Shown here in pieces: positions 23,672 through 30,812 of a stretch of DNA of 39,642 nucleotides. Below the pieces are notes generated by a model. It saw nothing but the letters and a program-made list of their open reading frames with translations. It ran no database searches and was not told the origin of the DNA. Numbering within the stretch: the first letter of the stretch is position 1; each line of letters opens with the position of its first letter. Both the position numbers and the translations under genes were made by a program. The stretch is from Candidatus Dojkabacteria bacterium (GTDB lineage: Bacteria; Patescibacteriota; Dojkabacteria; J137): assembly GCA_020429495.1 (NCBI GenBank), contig JAGQLJ010000002.1, positions 1 through 39,642 on the forward strand. The letters are read 5' to 3'.

Positions 23672-26600
23672 ATGGATAAAAAGAAAATATTAACAATAAT
23701 ACTGATTCTCTTATTAATTGCATCTCTTGGAGCGGGTGGCTATTACTATTATCAAAATAATATAAGCCAGCCAGATACTAGTGTTTCAGATACAGGTACA
23801 GTGAGAAGTGATGGAAAATGTAGAATAGGTTTATATGCTGCTCATGATGCAGTTGCAAGTAACTTAGATAATAGCCGAAGTGCACTACCTTTATCTACAT
23901 TGCAGTCAGCTTTTAACGTTGCAACAAGTAATATTGATGCAAACAATAAAGAGTTAAGAACAATAACATCAGCTGATGGTTTTAATAAATTTGATAATCT
24001 TGATTTTATTTTTATTACAGATGCAAATTTAGGAGAGCAAACATCAACTCCAACTAAGAACTCTGCTGCGCATCAAAGTATTCAAAGTTATATTCAACAA
24101 AAATGGTATGACGGAACAAATCTTATTATTATGGGAGATAGTTCCCAGCATACAGATGGCTCAACAAATGCAAGCGGGCAAACAATTTATGTAGGAGACC
24201 ATGCAGCAGGAACTGCTGGCCCATATACAACAAACATTTCAAATAATACTATTAGATATCTTTATGATCAGCAACTAGGAGGTGGAACTTATTTTCAAGA
24301 GAAAGAAAATTGGGGACATTTTAGAAATAATAGTGGAGAATACTTCTTAGGCTTTACTCCAAGACAAACAGCAACACTAAATGATACTGATGCACCTCCT
24401 TTTATAAATGGTGCTACATTGAATTTTTTAGCAAATACAACACCTGGAATGTTGATTGTTGATAATAACTTTGCAAAATGTATTTATGAGGCACCACTAA
24501 AAGGAGGAGACCCATCAACTGGAAATCAATTTCCAACTGTTCCTTCATATCCCGCATCAGGAAGCTGTATAGCGGCATATATTCAAAAGGACTCATTTGC
24601 ATCAACAGGATATCCAAATAATGGGTTTATGCTTGTTGATGGAAACTATGGAGCAATAACTAAGTCTAAATTAGTAGAAATATTAAATTCATCACCAGAT
24701 TGTGCAAATTCAACAACGCCAACACCAGATCCAACGCCAACACCAGATCCAACTCCTCCACCAGTAAGTGGTCCAGGAGGGCTTATTCTTCAACCTGTGT
24801 GCGTAAATGGAAAACCACAAATTAATGTAACTTGGAATATTGTTCCAAGTCCTGACGGGTACTTTGTAGATGTAGATATTGATGATGCAAATGTTTGGCT
24901 ATTAGATTCAAATACTAACAATTATTTCTGGAACCAAAAAATTTCTGGAGATACAGCAAGTTCAGGTACAAGAACAGCAACTATTCCAACATCATTTAAA
25001 GCATATTATAGTGGAGATCCAAATGTATCACCTAACAATAGAGATGCAATGCCTGAGCTGCAAGAAAATACTAAATATAGAGTAAGAGTTTCATCAATTC
25101 AACCTGCAGGTGGAGGAAATCCAATCGGCGATACAAATGGTCTATCTGTAACAACTGCTTCTTGTACAAAAACATGTTATCAATGTAATACCTCAACCTT
25201 TGCTTGTAGCTCAGCTACAGTGAATACTGAGGTTAGATGCAATGGTTCAGATGGTTACTATACATCAAATTCATTGTGTCAGACTGGTTGTTCAGAACCA
25301 ACAAAGACTTGCTATAAATGTAATACAACATCTTATACATGTTCATTTGAAACTGTATCACAATCAACAAGCTGTAATGGAACATCTGGAACATATTCTG
25401 ATATATCAACATGTACAAATTCATGTAATGAACCAACAAAAACTTGTTATACATGCGATTCAGCAAATAGTACATGTAATGCAGTTCAAGTGTCACAGTC
25501 AACAAGCTGTGATGGAACAGGAACGTATTTTGATGCAGAATCAACATGCCAAACAAATTGTGTAACGCCAACAATCCCTGATCCAACAATAGAGAAAACT
25601 GGAACACCTGGTACAACTGGACCAGAACAAACAGAAGTTTCTTATTCAGTTGTAGTATCAAACACTCATACAGCAGATAGAGTATTTGATATAAAAGATA
25701 ATTTACCTAGTGGAATAACAGGTGCTACAAATATATCTAATTCTGGAACTTATGACTCAGCATCTAATGCAATAACATGGGATGATATTACAATTCCTGC
25801 ATCGGATTCTGTAACTTTGACTTATACACTAACTGTGCCAAGAGCTGCATATGGAAGTTTATTAAATACAGCTCAAGTGCTTGAATCAGACTCATCAGCA
25901 GTAATTACTCAAACAACTGAAACTGTTGAAATTACATATACAAATCTTGAAATTGTTAAAGACGGATTATTAAATGATGTTAATACAAACAATGCAGATA
26001 TTTCATATACTCTGCAAGTTTCTAATCCAAACGATTTTGCTGTACAAAATGCAAGTGTAAAAGATAATTTACCAGTTGGAGTAACAGCTATAAATAATGT
26101 AAATCCTGCAGCAACAACTGAGAATGTAGCAGGAAGAACAATTGAATGGACAGGCTTAACATTTGCTGCATTTGAAACAAAAACATTTACTTATAATTTA
26201 ACAATAGGATCAACTGGATTCTCTCCTGCAGGTCCTGCTAGTGTTGATAATATAGCTGAAGTAGCAGTTGATGGAGTACAACAAGACAATGATGATGAAT
26301 CAATTCCTGTTGATGCAACAACTGCAGCAACAATTTCAAAAGCTTCGACAATTGTTTATTCTGAAGACAGTGTTACTGTTAACTATACAATTACAGCAAG
26401 AAATATTGGTGATACCAATATTGTTGACTACAGCGTTGTTGATGACTTAGATTCAAAAGTTACAGATGCTATGGTTTCTAATATAAGTAATTCAGGAACT
26501 TTAAGTGGAGGATCAATTACATGGTCTAATGTTGATATTAATATAAATCAAAGCCAAACATTCACATATACAGTCACAATACCTAGAACTAGCCCAGGTG

Positions 26601-26974
26601 ACTATAACAATGTTGCAACATTATATGATGCTTCAAATAACCAGGTAGCTCAAGATGATCAAAGTGTAAATGTTCCAGCAATAGTAGTTGTTCAAGATGC
26701 ACCAACGCCAACACCAACACCTACACCAACACCTAGCCCAACGCCAACGCCAAGCAGTCCGGCACCACAACCTGCACAAATTCCAGCAACAGGTCTTGTG
26801 GATGATTCTGGAATATACATAATTTTTGGTTCACTATTATTAATGGCAGGATTAGCAGTGTATAAATTAAGAGTAGGTAAAACAGTATTACAAAAACTTG
26901 GAGCTGAAGACTATACATACGCAGAGCTAGAGATGACAGATAAAAACAAAGTTGAATTAAGAAAAAAGAAATAG
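23672..26974 (+). CDS. large cell-surface protein: unknown N-terminal domain, PT linkers, 3 six-Cys modules, DUF11-type repeats, IPATG sorting-like signal
   Basis: 1100 aa. N-terminal TM/signal (ILTIILILLLIASLGAGGYYYY). PT-rich linkers at about 24714-24765 and 26701-26757. DUF11-like repeats (DIKDNLPSGITGATNISNSG, VKDNLPVGVTAINNV, VVDDLDSKVTDAMVSNISNSG). IPATG at 26780-26794, then the TM IFGSLLLMAGLAVYKL and a charged tail. Confidence 0.8.
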   Translation: MDKKKILTIILILLLIASLGAGGYYYYQNNISQPDTSVSDTGTVRSDGKCRIGLYAAHDAVASNLDNSRSALPLSTLQSAFNVATSNIDANNKELRTITSADGFNKFDNLDFIFITDANLGEQTSTPTKNSAAHQSIQSYIQQKWYDGTNLIIMGDSSQHTDGSTNASGQTIYVGDHAAGTAGPYTTNISNNTIRYLYDQQLGGGTYFQEKENWGHFRNNSGEYFLGFTPRQTATLNDTDAPPFINGATLNFLANTTPGMLIVDNNFAKCIYEAPLKGGDPSTGNQFPTVPSYPASGSCIAAYIQKDSFASTGYPNNGFMLVDGNYGAITKSKLVEILNSSPDCANSTTPTPDPTPTPDPTPPPVSGPGGLILQPVCVNGKPQINVTWNIVPSPDGYFVDVDIDDANVWLLDSNTNNYFWNQKISGDTASSGTRTATIPTSFKAYYSGDPNVSPNNRDAMPELQENTKYRVRVSSIQPAGGGNPIGDTNGLSVTTASCTKTCYQCNTSTFACSSATVNTEVRCNGSDGYYTSNSLCQTGCSEPTKTCYKCNTTSYTCSFETVSQSTSCNGTSGTYSDISTCTNSCNEPTKTCYTCDSANSTCNAVQVSQSTSCDGTGTYFDAESTCQTNCVTPTIPDPTIEKTGTPGTTGPEQTEVSYSVVVSNTHTADRVFDIKDNLPSGITGATNISNSGTYDSASNAITWDDITIPASDSVTLTYTLTVPRAAYGSLLNTAQVLESDSSAVITQTTETVEITYTNLEIVKDGLLNDVNTNNADISYTLQVSNPNDFAVQNASVKDNLPVGVTAINNVNPAATTENVAGRTIEWTGLTFAAFETKTFTYNLTIGSTGFSPAGPASVDNIAEVAVDGVQQDNDDESIPVDATTAATISKASTIVYSEDSVTVNYTITARNIGDTNIVDYSVVDDLDSKVTDAMVSNISNSGTLSGGSITWSNVDININQSQTFTYTVTIPRTSPGDYNNVATLYDASNNQVAQDDQSVNVPAIVVVQDAPTPTPTPTPTPSPTPTPSSPAPQPAQIPATGLVDDSGIYIIFGSLLLMAGLAVYKLRVGKTVLQKLGAEDYTYAELEMTDKNKVELRKKK
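25169..25573 (+). repeat. three tandem 135-nt coding repeats (45-aa six-Cys module KTCY.C....(F/Y).C.......(S/R)C.G..G.Y.....C...C..PT)
   Basis: KTCYQCNTSTFACSSATVNTEVRCNGSDGYYTSNSLCQTGCSEPT; KTCYKCNTTSYTCSFETVSQSTSCNGTSGTYSDISTCTNSCNEPT; KTCYTCDSANSTCNAVQVSQSTSCDGTGTYFDAESTCQTNCVTPT. Confidence 0.85.
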
Positions 26975-27031
26975 TAATATCAACAAATAGAAAAATACTT
27001 CCCCATTAGTTTATTTTTTATAAAATAGCAA

Positions 27032-28252
27032 ATGAGGAAGTTTTTTATTTTAATAGTATGTCTTCTTCTGTTACCAATTTTTATTATTCCCGCTAAAGCG
27101 CAGCAAGTGTCACCTAATCTAATAATTAAAGAAATGATGATCAACCCTAAAGGTGATGATAGAGGAAAAGAGTGGATTAAAGTTACTAATTTGGATAGCT
27201 CAACATTAAATACAGAAGATGTTTATATTTATTCAGAGGGAAGATCAGAAGATATATCAAACTACTGCCCAATAATACAATCTGAAGAAGCTTGCATCAT
27301 AGAGTTCCAAGATTTGTTCTTGCATAATGATTTTGGTGAAATAAATTTGATGTATGATGGTGAAGTTTTAGATGAATTTATCTATAACAAAGAAATTGCA
27401 GATAACACTTTAATTGAGCATATTTCGGAAGATTGGCTGATTACAAACCTAGATGATACTAGTCTAGATGAACAAGAAGTAGATAATAATTTTGAGCTTA
27501 TTTTTACAGAAATCTATCCATCACCAAATGCTGGTGAGGTTGAATGGTTAAAAATTTATAACAACCTTTCAGAAGATTCTCCACTAAAAACAATAACAAT
27601 ACATAGAGATTCTTGTGATTCTGACTTAGTTACAAAGTTTACTGATGAAATAATAATTGCTAATTCGTACTATCAAATTAGCGATTCAATGTTAAAAAAG
27701 AATTTATTAAATGCTGGTGGAACACTGGTGCTTTGTGATGAGGAAATAGAATTAGATAAAGTAACCTATCCAGAAATTAAAAAGGGAGAGTCTTACTATC
27801 TAGAGTCTGGTATTTGGAAAAATTCTGGAGATACAACTTCAGAAGAAAATATAGAAGCTAATCAAACATCTACTATAAAAACTAAAGAAGAAAGTAATAT
27901 TGTTTCAACACCAACAACAAATACAAATACTCAACAGACAAAATTAATTACTAGTTCATCTAATATAGTTCAACCACAAGTTTTATCAGTAAATACAAAA
28001 GAACAAGTAGATATAAAATATGCTTTACCAAATTTACAAAAACAAGATTTGTCTTTAGCAGATAACCAGCCTATTAAATTAAATAGTGGATTTTATATTA
28101 ACCAGAACCTATGGATTATACTTTTGCTAATAAGTCTTACAATCCTATCAACTTTAATCATAAATAATAAAGAATTTTTACTTTACTTTTATCAAAAGAT
28201 AAAAACAGCAATAAAAAACTACGAAAGGCCAGTAGAATATTTTAGGCGTTAG
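27032..28252 (+). CDS. exported protein with two lamin-tail-domain (LTD)-like modules and a C-terminal TM anchor
   Basis: 406 aa. Signal peptide MRKFFILIVCLLLLPIFIIPAKA. LTD-type starts LIIKEMMINPKGDDRGKEWIKVTN and LIFTEIYPSPNAGEVEWLKIYN. T/N/Q-rich linker. C-terminal TM LWIILLLISLTILSTLII plus a basic tail. Confidence 0.7.
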   Translation: MRKFFILIVCLLLLPIFIIPAKAQQVSPNLIIKEMMINPKGDDRGKEWIKVTNLDSSTLNTEDVYIYSEGRSEDISNYCPIIQSEEACIIEFQDLFLHNDFGEINLMYDGEVLDEFIYNKEIADNTLIEHISEDWLITNLDDTSLDEQEVDNNFELIFTEIYPSPNAGEVEWLKIYNNLSEDSPLKTITIHRDSCDSDLVTKFTDEIIIANSYYQISDSMLKKNLLNAGGTLVLCDEEIELDKVTYPEIKKGESYYLESGIWKNSGDTTSEENIEANQTSTIKTKEESNIVSTPTTNTNTQQTKLITSSSNIVQPQVLSVNTKEQVDIKYALPNLQKQDLSLADNQPIKLNSGFYINQNLWIILLLISLTILSTLIINNKEFLLYFYQKIKTAIKNYERPVEYFRR

Positions 28253-28260
28253 ATTAAGGT

Positions 28261-28269
28261 TGCTATAAT
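28261..28269 (+). promoter_or_regulatory. extended -10 box TGCTATAAT placed 6 nt before the sufB ATG (leaderless-type promoter)
   Basis: Read directly. There is no Shine-Dalgarno sequence between it and the ATG at 28276, and no convincing -35. Confidence 0.4.
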
Positions 28270-28275
28270 TTTTAA

Positions 28276-29598
28276 ATGAAAGGATTAAGTAAAAAAGTAG
28301 TTGAAGAAATATCTAAGTCTAAGAACGAGCCAGACTGGATGTTAGAAACAAGATTTAAAGCTTTCGAACATTATAAAAATTCTGTAGTACCAGATTGGGG
28401 AGTAGATTTAAGTAGTCTTAAAGATAGTGAAATAGATTTTTTTATTCCAAATAAAAAAATTAAAGCTAGAAGTTGGGATGAAGTTCCAGTAGAAATGAAA
28501 CAGGTTTATGAAGATTTAAGAATTCCAGAGTCAGAGAGAAAATTTTTAGCAGGAGTAGAAACTCAGTTTGATTCAAATGTTGTGTATGGAAGAATAAAAA
28601 AGAAGTGGGAAGATCAAGGAGTTATTTTTACAAATACAGAAGAAGGTTTACAAAAGCATCCTGACCTTTTTAAGAAATGGTTTGGAAGAGTAATTCCATA
28701 TTCAGATAATAAATATGCAGCGCTTAACACTGCTTGCTGGAGTGGTGGAAGTTTTGTGTATATTCCAAAGGGAGTAAAAGTAGAAGTTCCTCTTCAGGCA
28801 TACTTCTATATAAAAACTAAAAGTATGGGGCAGTTTGAAAGAACTATGATTATTGCAGATGAGGGTGCGGAAGTTCATTATGTAGAAGGTTGCTCTGCAC
28901 CAATTTATAATTCAAATTCACTACATACAGGAGTAATTGAACTCATTGCAATGGAGAATGCAAAGATTAGATATACAACAGTTCAAAACTGGTCACAAAA
29001 TATTTTCAATTTGGTTACACAAAGGGGATTAGCTTTTAGAAATGCCAGAATAGAATGGGTTGATTGTAATATTGGTTCTAAATCTACAATGAAATATCCA
29101 AGTGTAATTTTAAATGGTGATAATTCAAGTGGTGAAGTTCTATCAATTTCTGTTGCAGATAAAGGCCAATGGCAAGATACTGGTGGAAAGATGACTCATG
29201 TTGGTAAAAATACATCCAGCACAATTACAACAAAATCAATTTGTAAAAATGGTGGAAGAACTTCTTATAGAGGTCTAATTAAAATTCCAAAAGGAGCTAA
29301 AAATGCTAAAAGCAAAGTTGTTTGCGATGCACTAATTTTAGATAATAAGTCCCAAACAGATACCTACCCAACAAATGACATTTCAGAAAATAGTGCGTAT
29401 ATTGAGCACGAAGCAAGTGTTAGTAAAATTTCAGAGAAACAGCTCTTCTATTCAACAAGTAAAGGCCTAACAGAAGAGCAAGCGCGAGGACTATTAGTCG
29501 CAGGATTTTTAGAACCGGTAACAAAAGAGCTACCAATGGAATATGCAATGGAAATGAATGAACTCATTAGAATGAGTATGGAAGGTAGCGTCGGATAA
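28276..29598 (+). CDS. sufB: Fe-S cluster assembly protein SufB
   Basis: 440 aa with conserved SufB blocks: VHYVEGCSAP, YTTVQNWS, MKYPSVILNGDNSSGEVLSIS, GKMTHVGKNTSSTITTKSI, GGRTSYRGLIKI, KVVCDALILD, IEHEASVSKISEKQLFY, GLTEEQARGLLVAGF. Confidence 0.9.
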   Translation: MKGLSKKVVEEISKSKNEPDWMLETRFKAFEHYKNSVVPDWGVDLSSLKDSEIDFFIPNKKIKARSWDEVPVEMKQVYEDLRIPESERKFLAGVETQFDSNVVYGRIKKKWEDQGVIFTNTEEGLQKHPDLFKKWFGRVIPYSDNKYAALNTACWSGGSFVYIPKGVKVEVPLQAYFYIKTKSMGQFERTMIIADEGAEVHYVEGCSAPIYNSNSLHTGVIELIAMENAKIRYTTVQNWSQNIFNLVTQRGLAFRNARIEWVDCNIGSKSTMKYPSVILNGDNSSGEVLSISVADKGQWQDTGGKMTHVGKNTSSTITTKSICKNGGRTSYRGLIKIPKGAKNAKSKVVCDALILDNKSQTDTYPTNDISENSAYIEHEASVSKISEKQLFYSTSKGLTEEQARGLLVAGFLEPVTKELPMEYAMEMNELIRMSMEGSVG

Positions 29599-29604
29599 CT
29601 ACTT

Positions 29605-29620
29605 GCTACTGGCCTCTAGC
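29605..29620 (-). repeat. shortened inverted copy of the family C GCTAG-rich repeat
   Basis: The reverse complement GCTAGAGGCCAGTAGC equals the 20498-20520 core with an internal 7-nt deletion (one base differs at the junction). It begins 7 nt after the sufB stop. Confidence 0.35.
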
Positions 29621-29760
29621 CGCTAGTCAATGTCACTACGAGTGACTTACGAAGTTTGGTCGTCAACCTGCCGTTTACACATTAGCATTATTCCCTCCTT
29701 GAGGAGGGTACTTAATGCCAATTTATTGGTATTAAGGGGGAGGTGTTACTGTTAACAATT

Positions 29761-29814
29761 ACACCTTCCGTCTTGCCCCAACAAGTTGGGCTCGCCACCT
29801 TCCTCAAGGAAGGA
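29761..29814 (+). repeat. family A structured intergenic repeat, second copy
   Basis: ACACCTTCCGTCT-TGCCCCAACAAGTTGGGCTC-GCCACCTTCCTCAAGGAAGGA. Upstream GGGAGGTGT (29738-29746) can pair with ACACCTTCC. It ends 11 nt before the stop of the convergent gene at 29825. Confidence 0.55.
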
Positions 29815-29824
29815 AAAATAATTT

Positions 29825-30313
29825 TTAACTAAATATTTCCTTTTCTAGCTCATGCAATATTTTCTTATGCACTTTGTAATCTGGCATAATTTCTTCAACA
29901 ATTGCCCAAAAGTTTTTTGAATGGTTCATTTGCTTTGTATGTGCCAGTTCATGAACAAAAACATAATCTATACTTTTTAAAGGTGTAAAAATTAATCTCC
30001 AACTAAAGTTTAAATTTAATTTTGAAGAACAACTTCCCCATCTTGAGCGTGTATCTTTAATTGCAATTCTATTAAATTCAAATTTATATATATCTGAAAA
30101 GAAATTAACTCGCTCTTCTGCATGCTTTCTAAATCTTTCTCTTAACCATTTTTCAAGTGTAGATTCATGGTTATGATCGTGAAGCTCTGAAATAAAAACT
30201 TTAAGAGAGTTACTTTCTTCAAAAACAATAGGTTTAGTTGCTTTAATTTGCTCAAAAGTTATTCTTTTAGATTCTCCTAAAATTGGGAGCATTTGATTAT
30301 GAATTATTTTCAT
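29825..30313 (-). CDS. YgjP/DUF45-family zinc metallohydrolase (M48-like)
   Basis: 162 aa. RWGSCSSKLNLNFSWRLIFTPLKSIDYVFVHELAHTKQMNHSKNFW shows the family's WGSC block followed by HExxH. Confidence 0.8.
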   Translation of the reverse strand: MKIIHNQMLPILGESKRITFEQIKATKPIVFEESNSLKVFISELHDHNHESTLEKWLRERFRKHAEERVNFFSDIYKFEFNRIAIKDTRSRWGSCSSKLNLNFSWRLIFTPLKSIDYVFVHELAHTKQMNHSKNFWAIVEEIMPDYKVHKKILHELEKEIFS

Positions 30314-30389
30314 TTTTAAATTATACTATGGTTTTAAAAGACCCATTTTTGTTGAGTAATGAGCTGAATTACATTAAACTAATAACAAT

Positions 30390-30812
30390 ATGAATACTGA
30401 CGAAATTAGGTCTAAATTGCATGAAACACTAAAAGAAGCAGGAGTTGAGGGTGATCAAATAGATGTTTTTTTATATCTTTTGCAGCCTTTAATTACTGAG
30501 TATTTACAAATGCTTATTGAAAAAAATATTTCAGAAGCTCAGGCAAACGAACTTGCTCTACAAGGATTAGAAGAAGGATTAGATGAAAAGGAAATTGCAG
30601 TAGCAATGCAATATTTATATGAAGAAAAAACTGGAAAAACATTGCAAGATGAAATAAATACACTTGTTAGTATGTTGGCAGACAACATAAAGGCAATGCA
30701 AACTGAAATGAAACAAAGATTGGATGAAATTATGAGTTTACCAGCAGACCAAAGGCTTGAAGAGTTTCAGAAGGATATTTTAAAAGATTTAGAACCATCG
30801 CAAAATGAGTGA
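30390..30812 (+). CDS. small acidic all-helical protein, first gene of the giant-protein operon
   Basis: 140 aa, E/D/L/Q-rich, with no hydrophobic segment. Its TGA (30810-30812) overlaps the ATG (30805) of the next gene in ATGAGTGA. Confidence 0.6.
   Translation: MNTDEIRSKLHETLKEAGVEGDQIDVFLYLLQPLITEYLQMLIEKNISEAQANELALQGLEEGLDEKEIAVAMQYLYEEKTGKTLQDEINTLVSMLADNIKAMQTEMKQRLDEIMSLPADQRLEEFQKDILKDLEPSQNE

Noticed and set aside
24714-24765. Short direct DNA repeats (ACGCCAACACCAGATCC x2; also 26701-26757) as a possible CRISPR or minisatellite
   Set aside because: They are in frame inside the 1100-aa gene and encode Pro/Thr linkers (TPTPDPTPTPDPTPPP; PTPTPTPTPSPTPTP). They have no spacer-repeat architecture.
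25233-25661. 142-aa minus-strand and 107-aa plus-strand alternative-frame ORFs over the six-Cys repeat region
   Set aside because: Same artefact of repetitive, stop-poor codon composition inside the 1100-aa surface protein gene.
22315-26974. Diversity-generating retroelement target (variable repeats in surface proteins)
   Set aside because: No reverse transcriptase gene, and no template/variable repeat pair with adenine-specific mismatches. The repeats are tandem structural modules.
28276-29598. Intein or insertion in SufB
   Set aside because: The protein has ordinary SufB length (440 aa), its conserved blocks are contiguous, and there are no intein splice motifs.
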